A stretch of 63,511 nucleotides of DNA, filler included, from Candidatus Tectimicrobiota bacterium (GCA_016193065.1; 4 parts of 4 records of this genome joined end to end with filler, not necessarily neighbours in it), one strand, 5' to 3'. Counted from the whole stretch's first letter, positions 20,682 to 30,620 are shown. A program made the numbers and translations. The notes: a model not told the origin generated them from the sequence alone.

Positions 20682-20781
20682 NNNNNNNNNNNNNNNNNNN
20701 NNNNNNNNNNNNNNNNNNNNNNNNNTTAATTAATTAANNNNNNNNNNNNNNNNNNNNNNNNNNNNNNNNNNNNNNNNNNNN
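20682..20781. other. artificial contig-join linker
   Basis: 100 nt: N-run + TTAATTAATTAA (all-frame stop) + N-run. Confidence 0.97.
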
Positions 20782-20905
20782 GGTCCGCTGCGGGAGGTGT
20801 GCAGCGAAGGGCGGGAAGAGGCCCCTTTCCTCGGACGCTACAAAAACTAGGGGTGGGCAAGGGCGCTCTCCTCTCTTCGCGTTCAGGACAAGCGAGACTT
20901 TGCGC

Positions 20906-20935
20906 TTGACAAGAGCCCTTCGATTTGGCTTTAAT
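20906..20935 (+). promoter_or_regulatory. sigma70-type promoter for the TetR gene
   Basis: TTGACA (20906), 18-nt spacer, TTTAAT (20930). Confidence 0.45.
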
Positions 20936-20984
20936 AACATATTGAATCTTATGGTTTTATTGAAAACCTGAGGAGATCGCTCCG

Positions 20985-21617
20985 GTGCCCAGTGATCAGA
21001 AGCTGGAATACATACTGAAACATGCGGCGGCTATCTTTGCGGAGAAAGGATACGATCGGGCCTCGGTCCGCGACATTTCCCGGGCCACCGGGATGAGCTT
21101 GGCCGGTCTTTACTACTATTTTCGCAGCAAGGAAGAACTTCTCTATCTCATCCAGAAACACGCCTTTTCAACCGTTGTGGAAGCCCTCGAGAAGGAATTG
21201 CAGACCCTGCATGATCCTGTGGAGAGGCTGTATTTCCTAATCTACAATCACTTAAGGTATTTTCTCCAGAACATGGATCAGTTGAAAGTGTGCGCGCTGG
21301 AGGTCGACACCCTGAACGGCTATTTCTACGAAAAGGTGGCTGAAGTTCGCAAACGTTACTTTGAGGTAGCCCAGGGGGTCGTGCAGAGCATCCTCCTTCT
21401 CCATCAGCCCTCCGAGCGCGATGCCCGTCTGGCCACCCTGCAACTCTTTGGTTCCATTAACTGGGTCTACATGTGGTATAATCCCAAAAAGGATGGTGGG
21501 GCGCGGGAGATGAGTCAGTCCATCGTTCACCTGTTTTTGTATGGGCTGATTCCGGCAGCGGGAGAACCCTCCCGGGCAGGCCAGCGCGCCGGTCGCCGTT
21601 ATATCGCTAAGACATAA
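20985..21617 (+). CDS. TetR/AcrR-family regulator (KstR2-like C-terminus)
   Basis: IFAEKGYDRASVRDIS...LYYYFRSKEELL; NWVYMWY. Confidence 0.92.
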   Translation: MPSDQKLEYILKHAAAIFAEKGYDRASVRDISRATGMSLAGLYYYFRSKEELLYLIQKHAFSTVVEALEKELQTLHDPVERLYFLIYNHLRYFLQNMDQLKVCALEVDTLNGYFYEKVAEVRKRYFEVAQGVVQSILLLHQPSERDARLATLQLFGSINWVYMWYNPKKDGGAREMSQSIVHLFLYGLIPAAGEPSRAGQRAGRRYIAKT

Positions 21618-21770
21618 GAAAGCATCAGAACATTACAGGTGGAGAGGGAACAATCTCCTGCAATTCCCGGCATGGGGACAATTCCCAGGTAGGGCGGATT
21701 GTTTTCAGGCGAGTTTCAGCCGCGGATGCCCCATCATCGCTGTTTACACTCCGCCTGAAGGGAGGGCCTC

Positions 21771-23123
21771 GTGAGTCTCACTGTTTATTCTTCCAAGTCC
21801 ATGAGCAGCATCTTCTGGAACGAGTTTACCGAGACCATGCCCCGTGAGCAGCTCGACGCAATTCATCTGAAGCGCATCCAAAAGATGATCCGTTATGCCT
21901 ACGATCGGGTCCCCTTCTACCGAAAACTGTACCAGAAGGCCGGGCTGAAGCCTGGGGATATTCGGACGCTGGATGACTTCAATCGTCTGGTCCCTTCTAT
22001 CGACAAAAAGGACATTGTGGAAGCTCAGCAAGTCGAGCCCCCCTGGGGAGAAGCCATTGCTCTCTCGGAGGACTTTAATTTGTTTCGCTTCCAGACTTCC
22101 GGATCGACCGGGGTCCCCATGGGGATTCCGGTTTCGTACTACAGCTCACACCACTATGGTGAGCAGTGGACCTACGGCTTCTGGGGGGTTGGCATCCGTC
22201 CCCGGGACTCTTTTTATTTCGCCTTCGCCTGGGGGACTTTTATTGGTTTCTGGAGCGCTTACTGGGGGGTGCGCCGCCTGGGAGCCACGGTCTATTCGGG
22301 AGGGGGCTTTACCACCGAGATGCGTCTCAAGCAGATTCTGGAATACGAGCCCACGGTCTTGGTATGCACTCCCACCTATGCTCTCTACATGGCGGAGAAA
22401 GCCCGGGAAATGGGGATCGATTTGCCGGCCACTTCGATCAAATACACCTATCATGCCGGGGAGCCCGGTGGAAATGTACCGGCTACCCGCAGGGCCATCG
22501 AGGAAGCGTGGGGCGCGAAAACGTACGAGCTCTACGGCATCGGGGAAGTGGGGGCCATTGCTCCAGGCTGTCCCCGTCAATTGGGCGTTCACCTGGCCGA
22601 AGACCAAGCTTATGCCACGGTCGTCAACCCGGAGACGGGCGCTCCGGTGGCCCCCGGAGAAGTGGGTGAAAATCTGGTAACGAGCCACATTCAGTTCTCC
22701 CAACCCCTGATCAAGTACCGCTCCCACGACCTGGTGCGACCCGTGTATGACAAGTGCTCCTGCGGCCGCACCTGGCTTCTCTTCAAAGATGGGGTTCTTG
22801 GTCGCACCGACCATATGATCATCATCAAGGGGACCAACGTCTACCCGACTGCCATTGAAACTTTGCTGGGGGACGTATCCGGACTGACCGCGAACTACGA
22901 GATTCACGTGAGCAGCGGCCAGCTCAACGATGAGATCACGGCCAAGGTGGAAGCCGCTCCCGATGTTTCCGCTTCCGATTACGCAACCTTGCAGAGGAAG
23001 GCCGAAGGAATTCTGTACGACAAGATCCTGGTGCGGATCGGCGTAGAAATTCAGAAACCCGGGGCCCTTCCCCGGTACGAACTCAAGGCCAAACGCTTTT
23101 TCGATCATCGCGAGAAGCATTGA
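21771..23123 (+). CDS. phenylacetate-CoA ligase (PaaK)-family acyl-CoA ligase
   Basis: PFYRKLY, QTSGSTGVP, HAGEPG, YGIGE, KYRSHD, GRTDHMIIIKGTNVYP, KAKRFFDHR. Confidence 0.9.
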   Translation: MSLTVYSSKSMSSIFWNEFTETMPREQLDAIHLKRIQKMIRYAYDRVPFYRKLYQKAGLKPGDIRTLDDFNRLVPSIDKKDIVEAQQVEPPWGEAIALSEDFNLFRFQTSGSTGVPMGIPVSYYSSHHYGEQWTYGFWGVGIRPRDSFYFAFAWGTFIGFWSAYWGVRRLGATVYSGGGFTTEMRLKQILEYEPTVLVCTPTYALYMAEKAREMGIDLPATSIKYTYHAGEPGGNVPATRRAIEEAWGAKTYELYGIGEVGAIAPGCPRQLGVHLAEDQAYATVVNPETGAPVAPGEVGENLVTSHIQFSQPLIKYRSHDLVRPVYDKCSCGRTWLLFKDGVLGRTDHMIIIKGTNVYPTAIETLLGDVSGLTANYEIHVSSGQLNDEITAKVEAAPDVSASDYATLQRKAEGILYDKILVRIGVEIQKPGALPRYELKAKRFFDHREKH

Positions 23124-23147
23124 GACGATGTTTGAGAGGAGAGCCGT

Positions 23148-23333
23148 ATGACCAGAGGGGAAATTGCTGAAAGAATCAGGGCGCTTCGTCGTGAGATCGG
23201 AGCCCTCAATCAAGACCCCTTCAGCCCGGCCGTGGAACGCTCCCTGTTCCTGGCGGACATGTACATGCACATGGCTCTGGGACACCTGGGCGAGGTTGAA
23301 GAGGTCACCCCGGAACTAAAGGAGGAAAGCTAG
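23148..23333 (+). CDS. small hypothetical protein (61 aa)
   Basis: GAGGAG RBS, ATG start, 24 nt after the ligase stop, helical-looking sequence. Confidence 0.6.
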   Translation: MTRGEIAERIRALRREIGALNQDPFSPAVERSLFLADMYMHMALGHLGEVEEVTPELKEES

Positions 23334-23520
23334 TGCAGTTCCAGCTTCTTCTCCTTCAATACGAGGCAGCCGTCAAATTGTCGCGTCACCGTACTCCGTC
23401 GTTCGTCCCGATGAGCTGGGACGGTTCTGGTTTAGGCGGCCTGTCGGTGGCAAACGAGCTTGATGGAAACGGTCGTGGCAAGTCGTGCAGCGGGCTACAG
23501 AAAGGAAGGAGGTTGACAAG

Positions 23521-24795
23521 ATGCGAAGAAAAGGTTCTGTCTGGATGACTATGCTGGGTATCATGAGCTCCCTGGTGCTCATTGCAGCGGTGGTTATGGC
23601 CCCGGGAGTGGAGGCTGCTCCTGCCAAAAAAGAAGCCGCCAGGGGGCCGGTCAAGGTGGGGTATCTGACCCCTCTTTCCGGAGTGTACGCCGGTCCCGGT
23701 GGGGACCAGAGGGACGGGTTCCTTCTCTACTGGGAGCAAGTTGGAAACAAGGTGGGCGACCGCCCTGTAGAGGTTCTCGTGGAGGATAAGGGAAGTAACA
23801 AGCCGGATGAAGCGCTCACCAAGGCGAGAAAGCTGATGGAGCGGGATAAGGTGCATATCCTGGCGGGCATCATCTCCAGCGGAGTTGCCTACGCGCTGAG
23901 AGATTTCGTCAATGCTCAAAAGGTTCCGTTTATCGTGACCAACGCCGGGGCCGACGGCCTGACCCAGAAGCAGCGCAGCCCCTACATTTTCCGCTCTGCT
24001 TTTGCCAACAGCGATTCTTCCCATCCTCTGGGAGAGTGGGCTTACAAGCAGGGGTACCGCAGGGCTGTCATCCTGGCTGCCGACTACTCGGCAGGATACG
24101 AGCAGATCGGTGGTTTTATTCGCACTTTCACGGAAGCCGGCGGGCAAATTGTGCAGGAAATCTATCCTCCCCTGGGAACGACCGATTATGCCCCTTACCT
24201 GGCCCAGATCAAGCGGGATGCCGATGTGGTAGCTGTCTTCTTTGCCGGCGCGGACGCGCTGCGCTTCGTGCAGCAGTACGGCGAGTACGGCCTCAAGGGA
24301 GCACTTCCGCTGATCGGGAAAGGCTACTTGGTGGACGAAGTCATTCTCCCCAAGCAGGGCGATGCTGCCGTGGGCATCGTGACTGCTCTGCACTGGAGCT
24401 ACGTCCTGAATACACCGGAGAACAAAGCTTTCATCCAGGCCTACGAGGCCAAGTACAAGCGGCCTCCTACTTCCTACGCAGAGCAGGGGTACGTGGGGGC
24501 CCAGATGCTTGTCAAAGCTCTGGAAGCGGTCAAGGGGAACGTCGAAAACAAACAGGCTTTTCTCAACGCCCTGAAAAAAGTCGAGCTAAACGCCCCGCGG
24601 GGCAAATTCCGCCTGGATGCTTACGGAAACCCCATCCACAGCGTCTACATCCGGAGAGTAGAAAAGGTCGGAGACAAATTGCAAAATACGGTGATAGACA
24701 CCTATCCGTCCGTGGGCCAGTTCTGGAAGTGGAGCCCCGAGAAGTACATGGCCCTGTCGGATTATGACAAGATGAAGGGCAAGTGGGTCAAGTAA
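23521..24795 (+). CDS. Liv-type ABC substrate-binding protein (aromatic-acid binding subfamily)
   Basis: KVGYLTPLSGVYA, PYIFRSAF, ADYSAGYE, PLGTTDYAPYL, PRGKF. Confidence 0.9.
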   Translation: MRRKGSVWMTMLGIMSSLVLIAAVVMAPGVEAAPAKKEAARGPVKVGYLTPLSGVYAGPGGDQRDGFLLYWEQVGNKVGDRPVEVLVEDKGSNKPDEALTKARKLMERDKVHILAGIISSGVAYALRDFVNAQKVPFIVTNAGADGLTQKQRSPYIFRSAFANSDSSHPLGEWAYKQGYRRAVILAADYSAGYEQIGGFIRTFTEAGGQIVQEIYPPLGTTDYAPYLAQIKRDADVVAVFFAGADALRFVQQYGEYGLKGALPLIGKGYLVDEVILPKQGDAAVGIVTALHWSYVLNTPENKAFIQAYEAKYKRPPTSYAEQGYVGAQMLVKALEAVKGNVENKQAFLNALKKVELNAPRGKFRLDAYGNPIHSVYIRRVEKVGDKLQNTVIDTYPSVGQFWKWSPEKYMALSDYDKMKGKWVK

Positions 24796-24849
24796 GGCAA
24801 ACTCTTGAAAACTATTCAGAGAGCGTTTTAAGAAAGGGCACTATGAACT

Positions 24850-24999
24850 ACAGGCGGCTCAAAAGTGTTCCGCACCCAGAGGGTACCCGAGGCGGCAAGA
24901 AGCGAGGAGTGAGGCGTACGTGGTAGGTACGCGCCAGCGACGAGCGACGTAGCCAACAACGCACACCCACAGGGTACCCGGCATTTTTCAGCCGCCTGT
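24850..24999. repeat. ~150-bp MITE/REP-like palindromic element
   Basis: terminal inverted repeats ACAGGCGGCTCAAAA / TTTTCAGCCGCCTGT, central GCGTAC..GTACGC hairpin; lies between convergent genes. Confidence 0.8.
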
Positions 25000-25607
25000 T
25001 AAACGCCCAAGTAGCGGGACTTCACCTCCGCGTTTTTCCACAACTCCTGAGGGGAGGATTGGTAGACAATCCTCCCCTTGCTCATGATGTACACGTAATC
25101 CGCGTGTTTTAAGGCGAAAGCCAGGTTCTGCTCGATCAGCAGAATCGATAGGCCGTGTTCCTTGATCTGCTCGATCAGACGGCCCATTTCCCGCACAATT
25201 AACGGGGCAAGACCCTCCGTGGGTTCGTCCATCAGCAGGCACTGGGGGTTTCCCATGAGAGCTCGCCCGCTGGCCAGCATCTGTTGTTCCCCTCCGCTCA
25301 ATTTGCTCCCCCGATGCCGTATCCGTTCTTTGAGCACGGGGAAGAGCGTGAACAGCTTTTCCATGGTCCAGGACTGGGCGGCATCCTTTGCCTGCGGGCG
25401 CGTGGCGATTTGCACGTTCTCCCTGACGCTGAGGGAGGGAAACCGCCGGGGGGGCGTAAAGCCAATAATGGAACGGATGAGCGTGGTTTTCCCCACGCCG
25501 TTTCGGCCCAGGAGGGCGGCAACGCTGCCGACTCCAACTTTCAGGGAAGTTCCCTGCAGAACGTAGCTATCTCCATAGTAGGTATGAATATCCTGAACCT
25601 CAAGCAT
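24999..25607 (-). CDS. livF: branched-chain amino acid-type ABC ATPase (LivF), with apparent internal deletion
   Basis: GRNGVGKT, LSGGEQQMLA, DEPTEGLAP; the Q-loop segment between PPRR and FPSLSV is absent. Confidence 0.88.
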   Translation of the reverse strand: MLEVQDIHTYYGDSYVLQGTSLKVGVGSVAALLGRNGVGKTTLIRSIIGFTPPRRFPSLSVRENVQIATRPQAKDAAQSWTMEKLFTLFPVLKERIRHRGSKLSGGEQQMLASGRALMGNPQCLLMDEPTEGLAPLIVREMGRLIEQIKEHGLSILLIEQNLAFALKHADYVYIMSKGRIVYQSSPQELWKNAEVKSRYLGV

Positions 25608-25612
25608 TCCTT

Positions 25613-26359
25613 TTACTCCCCCCCCAGATAGATCTCCGTCACTCTCGGGTCATCCTTGATCTCGCTTACACTCCCCTCAGCTAGGAGAGAACCGAAGTGC
25701 AAAACGCTGACCCGATCGGCCAGGGCAAAAGCCACGTCCATATCGTGCTCGATGAGGGCTATGGTTATATTGCTGTCGAGCTTGCGGATTGCTTCTGTTA
25801 CAGTGCTGGTCTCTGCCGGTGAGAGTCCGGAGGTAGGTTCGTCCAAGAGGAGAAGCCTGGGATTTCCGGCCAGTGCCAAAATAATCTCCACCTGGCGCTG
25901 ATCCCCGTGAGAGAGATTGCGGGCCAGTTCTCCGGCCTTTTCTCGCATTCCCCACTCTTCCAGAAGTTCGTATGTTCTCTTCTCCAAATGACGGTAAAAA
26001 GAAACCGGCCGCAGCGCGGAGTACTTGGCGGTGTCCAGGGCCTGGACCGCCAGAAGCACATTCTCAAATAAGCTCAGGTTGGGAAAGAGGTTGGTGATCT
26101 GAAAGGTGCGCGCAAGCCCCAGAGCGGCCCGGCGGTGCGGGGAAACCCGGGTCACTTCCTTGCCGAAAAGATAAATCTCTCCCGAGGAAGGGGAAAAGGC
26201 CCCGCTGATGAGGTTAAATAGAGTGGTTTTGCCGGCGCCGTTGGGGCCGATGATAGCGCGCCGCTCCCCAGGCTCCAGGGCAAGACTCAGGTCGTTGACG
26301 GCCTGCAAACCGCCGAAATTCTTACATAATTTCTTTACAAGGAGGTTGGGAGAGCTCAT
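25613..26359 (-). CDS. livG: ABC ATPase (LivG)
   Basis: GPNGAGKTT, ARTFQ, LSHG, LLDEP, IEHDM. Confidence 0.93.
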   Translation of the reverse strand: MSSPNLLVKKLCKNFGGLQAVNDLSLALEPGERRAIIGPNGAGKTTLFNLISGAFSPSSGEIYLFGKEVTRVSPHRRAALGLARTFQITNLFPNLSLFENVLLAVQALDTAKYSALRPVSFYRHLEKRTYELLEEWGMREKAGELARNLSHGDQRQVEIILALAGNPRLLLLDEPTSGLSPAETSTVTEAIRKLDSNITIALIEHDMDVAFALADRVSVLHFGSLLAEGSVSEIKDDPRVTEIYLGGE

Positions 26360-27303
26360 GTGCTTACCGATCGTCGCAGCTTCGACTTCAGAGTGCCAAT
26401 GATGCCTGCAGGGGCGAACAGAACCACGGCCACGTAAATCGCGCCCAGGATAAGTAGCCAGCGTTCGGTCTGGGCACTGATAAGGTTCTCCAGAAGCACA
26501 ATAACCCCGGCTCCCAGGGCAGGTCCGAGCAGGGTTCCGGCTCCTCCCAAAATCACCATGAGCAAAACCTTGGCCGACAGCACGATGCTTAAGTCAGCGG
26601 GGCTTACAAAGCCGTTGTAAAAGGTAAATAACATGCCTGCCACACCGCCGAAGATGGCGGCAATGATGAAAGCCAGGTACTTGTAGAGCCAGACGTTGTA
26701 TCCCAGGGCTCTCATGCGGGTTTCGCTTTCCCGAATTCCTCTCAGGGCATGCCCGAAGGGGGAACGGATAAAAATCGAAAGGACGATGACCACCAGGACA
26801 AACAACACCAGGGCAAAGTAGTAGAAGTTCGTCGTGTTCCACAAAGAGAAGGGGATCCCCAGGCTCGGGCGGGGGACTCCCGGCAGGCCGTCATCTCCCC
26901 CGGTCAAGGAGCGCCACTTGAAGGCAATTCCCCACAGAACTTGGGCCAAAGCCAGTGTGATCATGAGGAAATAGGCGCCGTGTGTGCGTATGGCCAGGAG
27001 ACCGAAAATGGCGCTGATGGTAATTGCGGTTCCCAGGCCGGATCCCACCACCAAGCCGAAGTGTTTCGTGACCTTGAGAGACAGAAGCCCGACCGTGTAG
27101 CCGGAAACCCCGAAATAGGCCGCGTGTCCCAGGGAAGGCAGACCCGTATGTCCCAGCAGGATATCCAGGCTCATGGCAAATATCCCGTAGATCATCATCT
27201 GGGTGACGAGGCCCACGTAGTACTGGGACAGCACCAGCGGCAATAGGGATAGAACAGCCAGCAGAGCCAGTGCCGTAACAATTCGCAGAGGTCGCATTGT
27301 CAT
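26356..27303 (-). CDS. livM: ABC permease (LivM)
   Basis: SLGHAAYFG, YFLMITLA, TGGDDG, IRESETRM. Confidence 0.92.
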   Translation of the reverse strand: MTMRPLRIVTALALLAVLSLLPLVLSQYYVGLVTQMMIYGIFAMSLDILLGHTGLPSLGHAAYFGVSGYTVGLLSLKVTKHFGLVVGSGLGTAITISAIFGLLAIRTHGAYFLMITLALAQVLWGIAFKWRSLTGGDDGLPGVPRPSLGIPFSLWNTTNFYYFALVLFVLVVIVLSIFIRSPFGHALRGIRESETRMRALGYNVWLYKYLAFIIAAIFGGVAGMLFTFYNGFVSPADLSIVLSAKVLLMVILGGAGTLLGPALGAGVIVLLENLISAQTERWLLILGAIYVAVVLFAPAGIIGTLKSKLRRSVST

Positions 27304-28154
27304 CCTTTGCCAAACAGACCCGTGGGCTTGACGGCCAAAATGATCGCCATGGGCGCGAAGATCGTGAACAGGGAAAACTCGGGAAATAGGGCCTTCCCGA
27401 AGTTGTCCAGGAGGCCCACAATGAGGCTTCCCACGAAGGCCCCTTTGAGGCTTCCGAGACCGCCGATGATGACGACCACAAAGGCAAGCAATAAAATTTC
27501 AAAGTCCACCCCGGGATAGACGCCCACAAAGGGTCCCCCGATGACCCCAGCGAGGGCGGCCAGGGTTGCCCCTATGCCAAAGACGATAGTGAACAGGAAA
27601 GGCATGTTGATCCCAAGACCGCGAGTCATCTCTTCATCGTCAACCCCGGCCCGGATGATTGCTCCGATGGCCGTTTTTTCCTGGAGGACCCAAAGAGCTA
27701 GAGCAACGAGAAACCCTACTCCGATGACAAAGATGCGGTAACTGGGGATCACGATGTTGCCGAACCGGTAAGACTCTTCAAACAGAGAGGGCTTTGGAAG
27801 CGCCTGGGGATTCCCTCCCCAAATCCAGAGAGCCACATCGGCAATAATGAAGAGAAACCCGAAAGTGAGCAGAACCTGGGCCAGCTCGTTCTTGTAGAAG
27901 CGGCTCAAGAAGAAGCGCTGCATGATAATGCCTACAATGACCACCACCGCAACAGCGCCCACAATGGCAAGCAAGAAGCTGTTTGTCTTCTTGATGACCG
28001 CCAAGCCCACGTAGGCTCCCAGTAAATAATAGGAGCCGTGAGCGAGGTTGATGATCCCCATGAGCCCGAAGATGAGGGAGAGACCTGCGGCCAGCAGGAA
28101 CAAAAGCATGGCAAAGGAGAGGCCGTTAAAGGTCTGGACAAGCCAAAATGTCAT
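27300..28154 (-). CDS. livH: ABC permease (LivH)
   Basis: GLSLIFG..INLAHG, VVIIGGLGS, KPTGLFG. Confidence 0.92.
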   Translation of the reverse strand: MTFWLVQTFNGLSFAMLLFLLAAGLSLIFGLMGIINLAHGSYYLLGAYVGLAVIKKTNSFLLAIVGAVAVVVIVGIIMQRFFLSRFYKNELAQVLLTFGFLFIIADVALWIWGGNPQALPKPSLFEESYRFGNIVIPSYRIFVIGVGFLVALALWVLQEKTAIGAIIRAGVDDEEMTRGLGINMPFLFTIVFGIGATLAALAGVIGGPFVGVYPGVDFEILLLAFVVVIIGGLGSLKGAFVGSLIVGLLDNFGKALFPEFSLFTIFAPMAIILAVKPTGLFGKG

Positions 28155-28478
28155 GTGCGCTTGCTTTCAGAATGCGTGAATGAACAAGGGCCGACCTTTG
28201 GCCCCCGTGCATCCGAGTTGGCAAACAAAAAGCTCCCTTGGGTTTGCCTGCAAAGCTCCCAACTGCTTCTTCCTCAAGGTTTTAAAAAAACCGGACCTGG
28301 GTTCCGTCCCGGTGATTCAGGAAGAAAACAGGACAGTTCCCCATCCTGCGAAGGGTTTCGCCCTCAATCTCCGGCCTTCACCTGTATGAAACCGAGTTCA
28401 CTGTAACCCGGCTAGACTACCAAAATCAGAGTCGACGATCAACCCCTCATTCCGGATCGCGGAAAAAAAACAGGACCT

Positions 28479-29702
28479 CTACTTTTTCGGGGTCCAGAAC
28501 TGATCCACGTCCGAGATCTTGTCCGTAACCACGTTCTGCAGCTTGCCGCCTATCTTCTCCACCTTGCGAATGTAGACAGGCTCTATGACGTTTTGAAATT
28601 TGTCAAACTTGAAGGGGCCCCGGGGAGCCTCAAACTGGACTTGGCGAAGGGCCTCCAGGAATTGTTCTCTGTTTTCCACGTTGCCCTTGACCGCCTTGAT
28701 GGCCTCCGCAATAACCCGGGCCCCGACATACCCCTGCTCTGAGAACATGCTGGGGTCCTCGTTGTACTTTTGGCGATAGGCGGCCACAAATTTCTTGTTT
28801 TCCGAGGTGTCCAGGGTGGTCGCGTAATGGAGGTAGTTGGCGATCCCGAGTGCCGCATCCCCGATGGAGGGCAGGAAAGAATCGTCCACTGTGTCGCCAA
28901 GGACAAAGAGTTTCACTTTGTCCTTCAGGCCGTATTCCGCGTACTGTTTTATGAACCGGATGGAGTCGCTGCCCGCAAAGAAGGCCCATACCGCATCCGT
29001 TGATCCGGCCTTGGAAGTGACCTGGGCCAGGAAAGGGGCGAAGTCCTGGGTTGCCAGAGGAGGATAAATCTCGGCAACGACCTGGCCGCCGGCGGCCTTG
29101 AAAGTTTTCAAGAAACCTTGGGCCTTCTCATGGCCGGCAGAGTAATCGGGGGCCATCGCGATCACTCTGCGGATTCCGGCTTTTTCGTAAGCATACCAGC
29201 CTCCGGCCAGGTCCTGCTGACCGTTGACGAAGGAGACCCGGAAGATATAGGAACTCCGGTCCTGGGCGGTGAGGCGTGCCGCACCGGCGTTGGTAATCAC
29301 CAGTGGAATCTTGTTGGCCTCGACGTAATCCCGGATCGAGTAAGCCACGCCGCTGTGGATGATGCCGGCCAGGATGTTGACCTTGTCTCTTTCCACCAGC
29401 TTCCTGGCCTTAATGGGCCCGATTTCCGGCTTGGCCTCCGTGTCCTCGGTAATCAACTGGATCTTCCGCCCCCCGGCCTGGGATTTGATTTCCTCCAGGT
29501 ACAGCTTAAAACCGTTATCCATGTCTTTGCCGGGCTTGGCGTAGACGCCCACGTAGGGGGCCATAAAACCAATCTTAATCGCTGAGCGGGTGGCCGGAGC
29601 CGCCCAAGACCGGTCGCCATACGCTCCTAACACCAGCGCTCCAAGAAACAGAAGTACTGCCGGGACTGAGAAGAAAACCTGGCCTTGTCTTTTTCCCGCC
29701 AT
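28479..29702 (-). CDS. Liv-type ABC substrate-binding protein, paralog of 23521-24795
   Basis: ILAGIIHSGVAY, YIFRVSF, PDYSAGHE, PRGPF; GAAGGAGG RBS before ATG 29702. Confidence 0.9.
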   Translation of the reverse strand: MAGKRQGQVFFSVPAVLLFLGALVLGAYGDRSWAAPATRSAIKIGFMAPYVGVYAKPGKDMDNGFKLYLEEIKSQAGGRKIQLITEDTEAKPEIGPIKARKLVERDKVNILAGIIHSGVAYSIRDYVEANKIPLVITNAGAARLTAQDRSSYIFRVSFVNGQQDLAGGWYAYEKAGIRRVIAMAPDYSAGHEKAQGFLKTFKAAGGQVVAEIYPPLATQDFAPFLAQVTSKAGSTDAVWAFFAGSDSIRFIKQYAEYGLKDKVKLFVLGDTVDDSFLPSIGDAALGIANYLHYATTLDTSENKKFVAAYRQKYNEDPSMFSEQGYVGARVIAEAIKAVKGNVENREQFLEALRQVQFEAPRGPFKFDKFQNVIEPVYIRKVEKIGGKLQNVVTDKISDVDQFWTPKK

Positions 29703-29911
29703 GCCTGATCCCTCCTTCGTTCTGCTGATGGATGCTTGAGAGCGGCTTTGTATCCTGTACACCCCCGAGATTTGAAGCGAAAGAACTCTACCTTTTCGCC
29801 AGAGGCAGTCTCTGCTAGAGAAGAACATTTCAACCCCTTGGCTGGCAATCTCTTTCGAAACGACCATGATCCCGCGGATTGGACTCCGCCTGTGTCCAGG
29901 AAATTGGCCGT

Positions 29912-29988
29912 ATTATAGAGGAGAAACACAAATTTCTTCAAGGATTTTTTGAAATACGGTTGCACTCCCCCACCTGGGGTTATAAGCT
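29912..29988. promoter_or_regulatory. divergent sigma70-type promoters (liv operon / cupin gene)
   Basis: minus strand TTGAAG-18-TATAAT (29941-29912); plus strand TTGCAC-17-TAAGCT (29960-29988). Confidence 0.5.
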
Positions 29989-30059
29989 TCGACACGGAGA
30001 GAAGTGGCTAGGACAGGAGAAAAATCTGACTTTTTTGCGTTTTTGAGACAGGGGGAGGC

Positions 30060-30377
30060 ATGGACCATAGAAAGGTGGAGGGACTGAAGTCTTTCTCACA
30101 AGAAAAGCTCAACAAAGTAGCCCTGTTCAGCAGCGAGCGCAGCATGACGGACCTCTACTGCGTGCTGCCGGGCCAGAGCCAGAAGCCGCACGTTCACGAG
30201 GCGTCGGATAAGGTGTTCTACGTCATCTCAGGGAAGGGGACTTTTACAATCGGCGGCGAGGAGGCGGTTTTGAGCCCTGGAGAACTCACGATTGCGCGCC
30301 CCGGCGAAAACCATGCTCTGGCAAACCGGGGTTCCGAACCGCTGCTCGTGTTGGTTTTCATGGCTCCCAGGCCGTAA
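30060..30377 (+). CDS. cupin-2 domain protein
   Basis: PGQSQKPHVH...FYVISGKG...PGENH. Confidence 0.88.
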   Translation: MDHRKVEGLKSFSQEKLNKVALFSSERSMTDLYCVLPGQSQKPHVHEASDKVFYVISGKGTFTIGGEEAVLSPGELTIARPGENHALANRGSEPLLVLVFMAPRP

Positions 30378-30500
30378 GGTTTCCGTTGTGATGTGGCTTC
30401 GTCCTCCCCGTGCCCCGCGCTCCGAATGGTACTCTAGCTGGAATTTGCGCCGGCCCGAAGCGCGAATTGGCAGAAAGGAGCTATGGAGCCTGCGGCGAGG

Positions 30501-30569
30501 TGGACGGAGGAGGGTAAAGCGTGTATAATGGCCTTACTTCCGTAACTTCTTTAGATTTGGGAAGTAAGG
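30501..30569 (+). promoter_or_regulatory. promoter followed by a perfect 10-bp inverted repeat
   Basis: TGGACG-17-TATAAT (30501-30529); CCTTACTTCC-N18-GGAAGTAAGG (30532-30569). Confidence 0.55.
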
Positions 30570-30620
30570 GCCGGAAGGTGGATTCAACTCAGGGAGGGGG
30601 GTGAGAAATGGGAGCGATTC

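Noticed and set aside
20726-20737. TTAATTAATTAA palindrome as a biological site
   Set aside because: It is embedded in N-runs three times and is an assembly linker
4256-23285. Long antisense ORFs (4256-5677, 7001-8167, 13650-15161, 22146-23285)
   Set aside because: Shadow frames of GC-rich genes with no recognisable motifs
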